Below the pieces are notes generated by a model. The model worked only from the letters and a program-made list of their open reading frames with translations. It did no database searches and had not been told where the DNA came from. Below, piece by piece: positions 12,890-25,059 of a stretch of DNA of 64,000 bases (positions are counted from its first letter, which is position 1; each line of letters opens with the position of its first letter). The DNA comes from Octopus sinensis (Eukaryota). A program made the translations under genes and the position numbers. The stretch lies in the NCBI RefSeq assembly GCF_006345805.1, contig NC_042997.1, forward strand, positions 93,744,001 to 93,808,000, written 5' to 3'.

Positions 12890-12958
12890 CATGTTACTCT
12901 ACCACTGGTATTTGAGTACTCTTTTTTCCACCTTGTTTCACATTTATGTGTTTACTCC

Positions 12959-12993
<35 letters not shown>

Positions 12994-13194
12994 CAGTGCT
13001 TTTCAAACTTTTTGCTGGAGCGGAACCCCAAGGAAACATTCCACTGGCTCGAAGAACCCCTGTGCAATAATTTAATAGTCTTATGCACGCATATCTGCAT
13101 AGGAGACTTAAAAATTACTGCCGATTTTAGCAGTTTTGTAACTTCTCGCGGAACCCCTGCACTGTACTGGCGGAACCTTGGTTGAAAACCACTG
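12994..13194. mobile_element. hAT MITE with perfect 8-bp TSD
   Basis: CAGTGCTTTTCAAAC...GTTGAAAACCACTG, flanked by ATATAGAC at 12986-12993 and 13195-13202. Confidence 0.92.
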
Positions 13195-13227
13195 ATATAG
13201 ACACATATATATATATATATATATATA

Positions 13228-13426
13228 CGAGAAGGGTGCTGAAAAGTTCCTGGCTTTAAGGGTGTCGCGAAAGGCCTGGCTGGAGGTCTTCAGAGTTCTT
13301 TTAAAGGGCTTAGAAAAACGGAAGGACCCTTACAATAAGCGTGTTAATCTGAGAATAAAATCATAATTAACTGATCCTCCTGTATTTTCTTTTATTCAAG
13401 GCCAGGAACTTTTCAACACTGCCACG
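13228..13426. mobile_element. Mariner-type MITE (second copy near 53307-53515)
   Basis: TA-flanked; GGTGCTGAAAAGTTCCTGGC / GCCAGGAACTTTTCAACAC inverted ends; homologous copy at 53.3 kb. Confidence 0.8.
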
Positions 13427-14220
13427 TATATATATATATATGTGTGTGTGCGTGTGTGTGTATGTGCGCGCGCGCGCGCGCGTGCGTGTATTTATATATA
13501 TATATATATATATATATGGCGTAACTTATAGATTGATTAGTAAACATTATTAATGATATGTCGATAAAAAGTTGTTGCTATAATCGCATACTGTAGGATG
13601 TGAAAGATGTACAATGTATAAAGTTTTAAGGAAATATTTATTTACCGTTATGCTACAATAATTTCATTATTATTTTAAATACCTTGCCTCGACGAGCAGG
13701 TTTTGATAAATCCAAAAGCATGCGAAGTAAAGTTTGAGTTTGTATCCTCTTTATTGTTTAGTAGTAATTACTGAGACAGATAGAATGATGTTGTGAGAGA
13801 ACAGAATTAGAGTTAGAGAGAATTGTAGGGTGTTGTCTCACAGTTGCTTTCTCCCTCTGACCAAGGTTGGTCAGCCAGACCTCGTTGAGTTGTCACCGAC
13901 TGTGACGAACTAATTTTTGCTTGGGATAAGCTTGCTTTTATAACTATCTAGAAGGATAGATATATCATTGAGAACAATAGATTTAGTTGGTGATCTTGTT
14001 ATCTCTATTCTAGCTTTTGGTAAAGCAGAAGAGGTTAGAAAGAGTCAAGTAGCTAAAGGTATCTGGAAAATGTAAATACTGCTGTCAGAGAAAAACCATT
14101 GTTCTATCGTGGGAAAAGTTCTGTTGCAGTGTTAATTTAGATTTGGCTATGGTGGATCGAATCCACTTTATGCATGCAAGATCCACTACATATATATAAT
14201 ATACACACACCAACACTTTA

Positions 14221-15617
14221 AGGCATTGCGGTCGGCTGTACCCTTCGCCGTCTCACTGCAAAGGTGTGCTTACAATCGGTCTCTAACTTATTGGCGGAGG
14301 AATTTTCACCCACCCAGCTAGGAGTGGGCACCAAACTGGGATGTGAAGCTGTCGTCCACGCTACCAGAGCCTATGCCAACATGCCTTTCCTGTCACCCAA
14401 GGTCATCCTCAAACTTGACCTTAAGAATACTTTCAACACCATCAGCCGCGATGCTGTCCTCAGTTCAGTAAGAGAGAAAGTTCCACAACTTTATTGCCTT
14501 GCATGGCAGGCTTATCGGGAGCCCTTCTATCTCTCTTTCGGTGACCAAATCACCACCTCCGCCTCAGAAGTCCGACCGGGCAATCCACTTGAGCTTGTTC
14601 TGTTCATACTGGGCATTGATGACATCGCCAAGATGGAGGCCGTGCTAGACCTCAACGTCTGTTATCTAGACGATGCTTGTGAGGACCTCCGGACAGAGTT
14701 CTTGCTATTGCTAACATGATAGTTGGGGAGCTTGGTCACCTGGATTTCCAAGTATACAGCTCCAAATGTGAGCTCTGGATCCTCAATATCAACCAACTAT
14801 TGACCTTTTTGCAGAGTCCTTCCCTTCCATTGCAGCCTTTCCCCATCGACTTGGCGTTCTCTGGGTGCCCCATTCACTGACTTTGCCTTTGAGTTCATCT
14901 TCCAGTCGAAGGTGGCTGCTCTTGAGCAATTGCTGAAAAATATTGAAGCTATCGAACCCCATCAAGGTTTTTTCATACTTAGTAATTACCTCCCGATCCC
15001 TAAGCTTCTATCTCATACTACCGATTCCCATCGTGTCTCCAATGCTTCGACAACCTAATCTTTGAGTGACTCGAATGCTTAGTCAATGTCAGACTCTCTC
15101 CAACGTTCCGCAATCAGGCTGCATTGCCCAAGCGATTTGGAGGTCTTGGTCTTCGTGCTTGTCCCTCTCTCTCTCTCTCCTGCTTACTTTCTTCCACCCA
15201 TGCCTGCTTCACACTGGTGAACAACATCCTCTCCTCTCCAACATAGACCAGTCCCAACAGGGAGATGGATGAAACTCTCCAACACCAGAGGGAATTGGGC
15301 TTGTCTACTCCTGCGAAGGTGGAGGACTACCGGAGTTAGAGAGCTTGGGACAACATAATTCTGAAGGCCACCTTCGACTCCCTCTTCATCCAGTCGGACA
15401 AGTTTTCAAGTTGCCATTTACTGTCTACTAGCGCCAAATACTCAGGTGACTGGATTAATGCCATCCCTGTAGCTTATGTTTGTTGCCTACTCAGCTTGGA
15501 CGAACTTCGTGTCTCCATTGCCCTCAGTGTGGGACCTGACGTATGCACGGGTTTGATCTGTCGTTGTGACAGGCTCCTCGACTCCACAGGCCCACATAGC
15601 CTTTCTTGCTGCCTGAA
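14221..15617 (+). mobile_element. Decayed CRE-like RLE non-LTR retrotransposon
   Basis: GIAVGCTLRRLTAKVC, QLGVGTKLGCEAVVHATRAY, ILKLDLKNTFNTISRD, CYLDD, a SGDWINAIP-like segment and the CCHC knuckle CRCDRLLDSTGPHSLSC. Truncated before the nuclease. Confidence 0.75.
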
Positions 15618-17849
15618 TGTTGGTAGTGGTGGTTATATTGTTCTTGTTGATTTATTGTTGTTGCTGATTGATTTAAGTCAAATTACGTGTTGTAAAATTA
15701 CGTAATTGTGTAAAAGACCCAGAATTTTGTGCAATACGCTTATCAAAGCGTCATAAATGAAATTCATACCTGTATATATATCTAAATGTGTAAGCATATT
15801 TATACATGTGTATAAGTATGTATATCTGTGGAAGGATTGTATGTATGAAACCAGGAAAAAGCTACAGAAAAACTTGTGTTGCTCAACAGAAGAACTACAA
15901 GACTTTGGCATAATTTCTTGGTGATGTCTACTGGAATACATGTCTTAGCCATCAACATTAAAAATACCGAATGTACGTGTAATGTCACCATACTGCGTGT
16001 GGGTTTTTTTTTTTCAATGTGTGCAGGTGATGTATTGTCAATAAATGACTGAATTTTTTTTGTTTCGTTGTCATATTTAGCTTAAGATATTGAATGGAGA
16101 ATAACTTCTGATTGAAACCATTACATTTCAAGTATTTGCAAAATCCTTGAGAGTAAAAATTGGTCAGCATAATTATTGTTGAAATTGACAAGAGTTTGAA
16201 TCAGTCTGGTGACATGTTATTTTTTTCAAGAAATTTTCCCTCGGCTTTGATCCAATTGTAATTGAGGTTTCTAATAAAATACCTGGATAATTTTTGATGT
16301 TTAACAATAAAAATCATTTTCTCTGTTGCATTCCAAGTCAATTTTTTCTCACACTAATGTCTAATTTGATACTTTTCAATTTTCAAAAACAAAAAAAAGT
16401 CTAAAGTGGGGCGAAATGAGTAATTATTAATCTCAATAGTTTCTTCTATTTAACGGTATGATGCGTTAATATATCAGGATGAGAGCCTTTGCTAGCAAGA
16501 AAGAGATTTTCATTACAATTTTTGACCTTTCTTTTTCTAAAAGTCGTCAAACTTTTGACTATTTTAAATTATAATTGAGCTTAACGATACAATGCCTCGG
16601 GCCTGATTCTCGATCCATACACCCAAAAGCCGTCCTATTTTAAGCTTCCATTAGATCTTTGAAAAGATTTAAGAGCAACTTTTTCAGCACTTAATTTTCT
16701 TTCAATTACCACGTACGTATTGCTCCTACTGTAGACGTTGCGAGCACTAATGCCTGGCAATGTGGCTGATTTTTTTCTCTCGCATCAAGCCTTTTAAAAA
16801 ATATTGTGGTTAATACCCAGTGTAATCTATTTCGCACTATTACCTTCAGTTCCAGTTAATGTCTTCTTTTCAGATATCTTGAATTTAATAACGCGCCGAT
16901 CAACAATTATCTACTGTAAATATATATTTGAAAAAGCAGCATCAGAGAAGGAATTGTTTTATGTGAGCCATTTTTTGTTTTATTCTTACGGATGTAAGAA
17001 AATGAAAAGGTGAAAGAGTGAGGTGGAAGGAAGTACTGTTTGATTACAGTTAATTGAAGGGCTATCAGATTCATCGACACTTCACCCTTTGTACCTCTGA
17101 CTTAAGCCAGGAAAACTCTACGCTCTACTTACAACACACACGCACAATATATGTAGCTACAGACAATTCGATCGTGCTGATACTTTTATTGCCGTTGTCA
17201 GTCGGTTAATCAAATGTTGGTGGTTTGGTAGTAATGTTGGCGTTGGTTGTAATGATTTTCATGTTGGTGATGATAGTGATAGTGGTGGTGGGGGTATTAT
17301 TGTTGGTAGTGGTGGTTATATTGTTGTTGCTGATTGATTTAAGTCACTTCCCGTTGACCTAAGTTCACAGACGTTTTACTCAACATCTAAGATACATTAC
17401 AGTACTACATTATCTCATGTGATTTAAAAAAAATTTTTTATTTCCGATGCAGTTAGTTATCTTATTTGTACCATTGTTGCCGTTGTCATTGGTTACTAAA
17501 GGTGTTTCTGGGTTGGTTATGATGGCGGTTGTATTGGTTTTGGAGTTGATAAATTGTGGTAGTGGTGAAGGTTGATGTGTACATGTGCGCGGTATATATA
17601 TATGAACGTATGGATGGATAGATTGATGATCCAACATGCATGCACACACAAATATTTGAACATATATATATATGTGTATGTATCGTGTTTATAGTTTTTC
17701 AAATTATTAACTCTGGGAAACGATCGCTTGGCTGAGAAGAAATTATAGTTTTAAAAGACTATTTTCCAAAATTAGTGGTGACACTTTAAAATTCCCGTAA
17801 GCGCGAAATCCTGTAACCTGAGGAAGCCGTAATGTGAAGATTCCTGTAT

Positions 17850-18247
17850 AGGCGCAGGAGTGGCTGTGTGGTAAGTAGCTTGCTTACCAACCACATGGTT
17901 TCGGGTTCAGTCCCACTGCGTGGCACCTTGGGCAAGTGTCGTCTTCTACTATAGCCTCAGGCCGACCAAAGCCTTGTGAGTGGATTTGGTAGACGGAAAC
18001 TGAAAGAAGCCCGTCGTATATATGTATATGTATGTATATATGTGTTTGTGTGTCAGTGTCCCCCAATATCGCTTGACAACTGATGCTGGTGTGTTTACGT
18101 CCCCGTAACTTAGCGGTTCGGCAAAAGGGACCGATAGAATAAGTACTAGGCTTACAAAGAATAAGTCCTGGGGTCGATTTGCTCGACTAAAGGCGGTGCT
18201 CCAGCATGGCCGCAGTCAAATAACTGAAACAAGTAAAAGAGTAAAAA
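17850..18247 (+). mobile_element. tRNA-headed SINE with internal (TA)/(TG) microsatellite (second copy near 39780-40225)
   Basis: GGCGCAGGAGTGGCTGTGTGGTAAG...GGGTTCAGTCCC head, a CORE-like CACCTTGGGCAAGTGTC block and a GTAAAAGAGTAAAA tail; about 240 bp upstream of the NDUFS3 ATG. Confidence 0.8.
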
Positions 18248-18484
18248 AGTAGTGTATTACGAGGTTCCCAACTTTTGTCAGCTTTTAAACATATGAAAAA
18301 ATTCTTTCATTAGCAGAGATAAAAAATGAGAGTAAGTGACATTCATACGTTTTCCTTGGAAATAAATAAATATTATAAAACGAAAAAAAAAAAAAACACA
18401 TCTTTCGGGAGGTCGCAACTAAACGCTAAAGAACTCGCTCAATAGTGACTGCTAGTGTATCTGAATCTCCTTGGCAGGAGAGCG

Positions 18485-18545
18485 ATGGCGGCGCATTTGC
18501 GAAGGTTACTAGTCTCGGCTTCTGCCAATGCATTACGGCGATCGG
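18485..18545 (+). CDS. NDUFS3: NDUFS3 exon 1 (mitochondrial presequence)
   Basis: ATG GCG GCG... MAAHLRRLLVSASANALRRS-G|gtaaa. Arg/Ala/Ser/Leu-rich with no acidic residues; phase 1. Confidence 0.8.
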
Positions 18546-19692
18546 GTAAAATATTTACTCTTGTTTAAAGCTTAAATTTAAAATTTATGGTTTGAGAATA
18601 GAATAACTGAAAAAAATGAGAGAAGTAGTAATTAATTGGTATTTCAGTATGTTCCATAGATAATATTTCTTCATTTAGTTTTGTTTAACATTGAAGTTTG
18701 TTAGAGGGCATTTTCTGTTTGTAAGATAATTATTGAATTTTTTTCCCAAATCTATATATCTTGATGCTATGTTTAAATAATTACTGATCTTTGTCTTTGC
18801 TGTTATTTCTATTTCACCTATCTATTTGTACTTAATATATTTATGTATAGATTTACTAACACAAATACACCTGCACCTCTTCAATATAGGTATCACGCTA
18901 TTCTGACAAATATATAAACTTACAAAATTACTTATACTTCTCTTATAAAGTAACGATTAATAATTAATTTCATTTATGTCTATCTATTTGTCTCATTGAT
19001 TCTCTGTATCCATATTAAGATTATTTTCCTGTAATTTAAATCAATTTTGGTATAGGTGGATAACCATAACAAAAACAAGGGTAAATTATGACAAATCTAA
19101 AATTATACATGTGTACGTTATATTGTTAAATATAATGCATCACGTATATGTTAATTTACGTAATATATGTATATAAGTATTCTAAAGTTTGATTTTTGAT
19201 AAGTAAATTCCTGTCAGTAAAACTCTGAAAACGAATAATGATCTCTATCTCGTATATTATTAACGTGTAACACAATCTGTCGTGTGTATAGTTCCTTTAT
19301 TTGTCAGGCGGACCCCAAAAGAACGTTACAATAAGAACTAGCAGTCGAACTAAAGGAGTTTGACCGCACTAGCATAGGGCAAGACCAATAACAATGACCC
19401 TGTATGTCGTCGCTCGATCTGCTAGAAATAGCAGTCAAATCATAAACCTGTTGCAAACTACAGTCGCCTAAATTATTCCCGTCTCATCCCTAATTTAGGT
19501 CACTATGCTTTCGCAGCAATTATCCCCACGGTTGATCAAGTTAGGGTTTCTCAAACAGGATACCGGGAAAAAATTCCAAGGTTATATTTTATTATATTTC
19601 GGGACTGACACACGCACTCTATATTCGTTCTTTACTTCAGATTTATTTTATCATTGTTAATTTTATATTATTGTTCTTATTTTACGTCCTAT

Positions 19693-19736
19693 GTCTGGAA
19701 CTCTTTCGTCACACATCCTGTGACCTCTTCAGCGAC
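19693..19736 (-). ncRNA. Minimal type I hammerhead-ribozyme-like motif
   Basis: GTCG-CTGAAGA-G-GTCACA/GGATG/TGTGAC-GAAA-GAG-TTC-CAGAC on the minus strand. Stem II is a perfect 6 bp; stems I and III are marginal. Confidence 0.55.
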
Positions 19737-20525
19737 TCTTCATCCCATCTGATTTTTATATGAAACATTCTCTCTCAAAAACAATTGTTTCATTTGATGT
19801 ATTAAAATTTGAGTGGCCAGAGTTATCCGGAAAATATAGGTGTAGGTTTAGTGATATTTTCAAATAATTGTCTAAGGATTCTGTGACATAATGTTTAGAA
19901 GACCTCTATGGGTTTTAAAACAGAAAAGGTGTAGTTACACGTAAAATGACAATTTATAAAAAAGAGAATGCAAAAGAAGTATGTAAACTGGTTTTATTAA
20001 CCGAATTACCATAACCCATTAGCGCCAATAGTCCTTTTTTTTAGGACCGAAAGGATAATCCATCATATTTTGGAGTGTCTTTCAAATATTGTAATGCAAT
20101 TTTTTAAAAATATTTAGTATCAGATAAAGTTGTATAAGAATAAGATTTTTGGTATTTTATTTGTTTCAGTCATTTGACTGAAACTTTGGTCTTTGCTAGG
20201 TTTGCTTTTAGGCTTCTTGATTACAGGCTTTACTTCCATGTTTGGAATAATAACATCATATATTTTAGAACATGCATGCACATAAATCAATAAGCACACA
20301 ACACTTTGTCTCATTCTTTGATTGACAAAACTTTCATTCCTACCTTTTGTTGGAAGGACATCCAACTCAGAACATGTACTATATAATAAATAGATACTAA
20401 ACTGATTTTCTGGTATGGAATCAGACTAGGATGATAACTTTTTGTTTTGGACTGCTAGTGATATTAAAATTCCATGTTTGTTATTTTTATAATGTTATTA
20501 TTATATTTTCCGTTTCAATTATTAG

Positions 20526-20591
20526 CTTTCAGAACAAATGTAGGTGCCACTCAACTGTACCGATGCCAAAGTACAGTACAAGAAACTCGAC
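20526..20591 (+). CDS. NDUFS3: NDUFS3 exon 2
   Basis: attag|CT TTC AGA... (A)FRTNVGATQLYRCQSTVQETR-C|gtaagt, phase 1 to 1. Joins exon 3 to give ETRPTIRP (human DTRPTVRP). An alternative in-frame acceptor would start the exon at 20544. Confidence 0.75.
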
Positions 20592-20709
20592 GTAAGTAAA
20601 GATTTTTATTTTCGTGGAAATTCTTAATTGTAAAATACTTATTATAAAAGCAAGAAAAGTAAAATGAAATTAAATGTTACATCTATTTTTTCTTTCTCTT
20701 TTTTTATAG

Positions 20710-20957
20710 CTACAATTAGGCCTGAAAGACCATTAGAGAAGAAGGCTCTATTTGACTTTGGTGAATATGTTGGGAGTTGCTTACCAAAATACGTTCAAAA
20801 GGTTCAGCTAACTCATTCCAATGAGCTTGAAGTTTTGATTCACCCGGATGGCATTATACCTGTCATAACTTTCCTCAAGGATCATCACAATGCACAATAT
20901 TTGAATATTGTTGATATTGCTGGTGTGGACGTCCCTACAAAACCTTATCGTTTTGAG
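20710..20957 (+). CDS. NDUFS3: NDUFS3 exon 3
   Basis: tttttatag|CT ACA ATT... (P)TIRPERPLEKKALFDFGEYVGSCLPKYVQKVQLTHSNELEVLIHPDGIIPVITFLKDHHNAQYLNIVDIAGVDVPTKPYRFE|gtaatc; NuoC/30-kDa subunit motifs. Confidence 0.97.
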
Positions 20958-21819
20958 GTAATCATGGTCTTGATTTCTTTTGTCTTGGTTTCATTGTTTC
21001 AGTTGATCATTTTGATTTGTTCAGATCTTACTTTGCTTGTATGAAAAGCCAGTCATTAAAAGCTGATTGGTACACCAATCTACAGCATTTAGATATAGTT
21101 CTGAGTATCTAGGCATATCTCCATATCAGATGATTTAAATTGTAAATGAAAAGTGAACAGGCATCAATACCTTGTCATTAGCTTCTTTAACAACATGCAA
21201 TTATCTAATTTGCATGGCAATCTAAATTATGCTGTTATGCAAATATAGATGTTTAAAAGATACTGGTTAGAACAGTATATAAATCATAGCTATTTCTTGA
21301 AATGTCACAAAAATATTCAGTTTTGAAATAGTGACTAAAGAGTTTTTGTCGCAGTGCCCAATTTTATCTCATCAACCCATTTGCTTCAATTATGTTACCC
21401 TAGATCTCAAAAAATTCCGTCTCCTTGTGCTCTGTCTTCGTCCAGTCTAACTCTGGTCTCTCTCTCTCTCTCTCTCTGTTTCGATAACCACTTGCTTCTT
21501 CCAACACTCCCCGTGCTCTCACCCCACCCTATATAAAGTAGCTCATTCAGATTCCCCTATCTCATATTTAATACCTCGCCAAACAGACAAGAATACCAGA
21601 AGATGTTCAGATAAGAGACTTTGTTTTCAGCTAGCACACATTTAAACCTCTCATTTCAGTGCAGATCATAATTACCTTCTTATTTCAGTTCGTTATTCTA
21701 TCTATTTCATTATCTATATAAACACAGTTTCATCTTCCATGCTGTATGTTTAGAGAAAAGAAAAAACTTAAGATCCCTTTGCTCGATCAAACTCCCCCTC
21801 TTTCTCTTTGTCTTTCACA

Positions 21820-22470
21820 CCTCTACCTGGCTTTCATTGACATGGAAAAAGACTTTGACAGGGTCCCCTGATCCCTAATCTGGTGGTCAATGCAGAAACT
21901 AGGGATAGATGAGTGGTTAGTAAGAGCTGTACGAGCCATGTAGGTGAGGGTTGGTAACGTGTACAGTGAAGAATTCCTGGTAGGAGTAAGGGTCCACCAA
22001 GGATCAGTCCTCAGCCCCCTCTTATTCATTATAGTCGTTCAGGCAGTAACAAGAATTCAAGACAGGATGCTCCTGGGAGCTTCTCTGTGCTGATGACCTT
22101 GCTCTAATAACTGAGTCACTATCGGAACTAGAAAAGTTTCAGGTGTGGAAACAAGGTCTATAATCAAAGGGCCTTAGAGTCAATCTAGCAAAAACTAAAG
22201 TCTTAATAAGTAGGAAGGCAGGCAAACCACAAATCCCTTCAGGTAGATGGCCCTACCTGATGGTCTGTAGAAAAGATGTACCTGGTGTAAGCTATGAGCA
22301 CATAAGAAGTGCAGCAATATCAAAGGAAGGCTAACTAGGGAGATAGATTTTGTGTGTGACAAATGCTCAGGGACAATGAACACTGAAAATGTGCAGAAAA
22401 CAGCTTCCGTCACATTCCAAGAGAAAAAACTATAAGTAGTCGATAGCTTCCGTTATCTAGGTAACCAAAA
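21820..22470 (+). mobile_element. RTE-clade LINE RT fragment in NDUFS3 intron 3
   Basis: AFIDMEKDFDRVP*SLIWWSMQKLGIDEWLVRAV...VRVHQGSVLSPLLFIIV, a degenerate LYADD motif and SKGLRVNLAKTKVL. Confidence 0.8.
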
Positions 22471-23050
22471 CAGTAGCCGGGTCAGTTGCTTATCCATTTT
22501 ATTGCATTTCTGCATCTTCTGCTGATCTCCCTCATTAAATAAACATGTCTTACTGTCATGTTTAATCCATAAATAAGCTGGTATCAGGAAGGGTATCTTT
22601 GTGAAAACTGTCAAAGGAATTTGTTTTATCGTAATAAAAATGAGCACAACAGTCATAGAAAACTGACTCTGCAAAGCACTCTTTCTATTGAGATTTTAAA
22701 GATTGTCTTTTTATAATTGGAATTATTACATATTGGTTTCAAATTTTGGTGCAACACCAGGAATTTTGGTGGGAGGGAGTAAGTTGATTACATTAACCCC
22801 AGTGCTCAACTGGTACTTATTTTATTGACTTTGAAAGGATGAGAGCCAATGTCAATCTTGGTGGAATTTGAACTCAGTAATGACAGATGAAATGTTGCTA
22901 AGCATTTTTGCCTGGTATGCTAATGATTCTGCCAGCCTGTCACCTTAGTAATTATTACATATTAATAACCTTTCACTATGTACCTTATACAATACTTTGG
23001 GGATATTTATACATGTCTTTAAACAATTTTTATCTGCTTTGTATTTTCAG

Positions 23051-23176
23051 GTTGTGTATATTCTTCTTTCCCTGCGTTACAATGCTCGAATCCGTGTAAA
23101 AACATACACTGATGAACTGACCCCTCTTGACTCAATTTGCTCTGTTTTTGCTGGAGCCAATTGGTATGAAAGAGAA
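23051..23176 (+). CDS. NDUFS3: NDUFS3 exon 4
   Basis: ttttcag|[42 protein letters not shown]|gtaagt; 126 nt, phase 0. Confidence 0.97.
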
Positions 23177-24149
23177 GTAAGTTACCTGCATGAAATCTCT
23201 AAATTTTCTATGAAATGTTGATATTTTGTGAAATGAGTTTGAATAGCATGTTGCATGTAATATGAGGTTTGTTCTTCTATGGGGCCATTAAAAATAATCT
23301 ATTGGAATAAATTTAAAACAATGCTAATAACACTTATTGGCAACAGTACAATTGTATTTAGAAGTGGATACAGTTACATCTAATCTTAAATTAAGAATTC
23401 TTTAGCTTTGCTCTTCTATTTAACTTTACATAATTATCTTAGTTCATAATTTTACCCTTATATTAGCAAATAGGCTGTGTTAGGTCTGACTTTTAAAATA
23501 ACTGTGATAGTTATTCTTCTTGTCAGTTACAGAATTTTGAAGAATATGAAATATTACTTATGTCTGTGAAAATAAAATGGAATAAAAGATTACTGAATTG
23601 ATCCAGTAAAATAGAATATAGTAAAAATGTATTTTCATTCACAAACCTACTTTCATGCTCATATACATCTATCTTATCTTGATAGTATTTGTGTTGTGTA
23701 TATGTGTTAGAGGAGTATGGCTAATTTCAAATGAATTATACAGATAATCTGGATTAGAAAAGGAGTTGATGAAAATATTCTCATCAAGTTTATACTTATC
23801 AATCAATGCTTTGCTTGATTTTTTTAATTAGAATTATTTATTGATTTTTTTCTATTAACTGTTTATTTGATGAGAAAGTAAATAAAATATATAATGTCTG
23901 TCTTCCTTGAAAACATTAGTGATCTAAGTTTAATTGAAATAGCTACAGCTTGACTTAATGTCAAGATTTATTGACTTAGGTCCACTACATATGTACAGCA
24001 GGTTTAAATATAACCAGGAAATAGTTGTTTGTAAATTCCCAAATTTTCATCTCAACTATCCTTTTTGTTCAAAGTTACAAAGAAATTCAGATTTTTTTGT
24101 AAACCATGTGTTTTTTTAGTATGAAACAGATTTGGGGGTTGTTTTGATA

Positions 24150-24706
24150 TGAGGGTGAGTCAAAAAGTAATGCCATTTTGTTTAGGTTAGGTATAATTAT
24201 CAACACAGGAGCATGTATCATACATCAAAATGAAGCTGGTCCTCTGTGGATCACATCCCTATTTCTCAACATAGTCACCGTTTCTCTCGATATCAATATT
24301 CCACCCTTTGAATGAGAGCATGTATTCCTGCCCCATAAAATTCTGTTGACTGTTCTTTAAGCCACTTCTTCACTACAGTTTTCACTTCCTTGTCACTGAA
24401 ATAATGTTTGTCTCTTAAACCCTGTTTCATGGCACCGAAAAGATGATAGTCTGAAGGTGCTAAGTCTGGTGAGTGTGGAGGTAATCGAGAAGTGGCTCAA
24501 AGAACAGTCAACAGAATTTTATGGGGCAGGGATATATGCTCTCATTTGAAGGTGGAACATTGCTATCGAGAGAAACAGTGATTATGTTGAGAAGTAGGGA
24601 TGTGATCCACAGAGGACCAGCTTCATTTTGATGTATGATACATTCTCCTGTGTTGGTAAATATACCTATCCTAAATGAAATGGCATTACTTTTTGACTCA
24701 CCCTTG
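24150..24706. mobile_element. Mariner-derived fold-back MITE in NDUFS3 intron 4
   Basis: TA-flanked; GAGGGTGAGTCAAAAAGTAATGCCATTT / AAATGGCATTACTTTTTGACTCACCCT. Arms pair over roughly 220 bp. Confidence 0.9.
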
Positions 24707-25059
24707 TACTTTGATACATAATTCTCAAAGACTGCAGATAAAAGTGATCAAGGTTAATAATCACTGCTTGAGAATAACTGAAGGGAAAGCAGTGATTGTT
24801 ATGCTCCATAAGTAGGAAAAAAGATATAGGTAGGAATTAAATATCATGTAGGTAGCATATTTTTTGAAAAATGTGCTTTTTGATACTGATTTACAGTTTG
24901 TTGAAAGATATATATTAAAGATAGAGGCAGGATTAATACTGAGCAGTAATATTTATCCCCACTTAAAAGTAGATGTTCCATTAGAACAAACTATATTGTG
25001 GTAGTTACCATGAGTGAAACTCACATATTGGCTTTTGGTGCAAAATTTACTCTTGTTTA

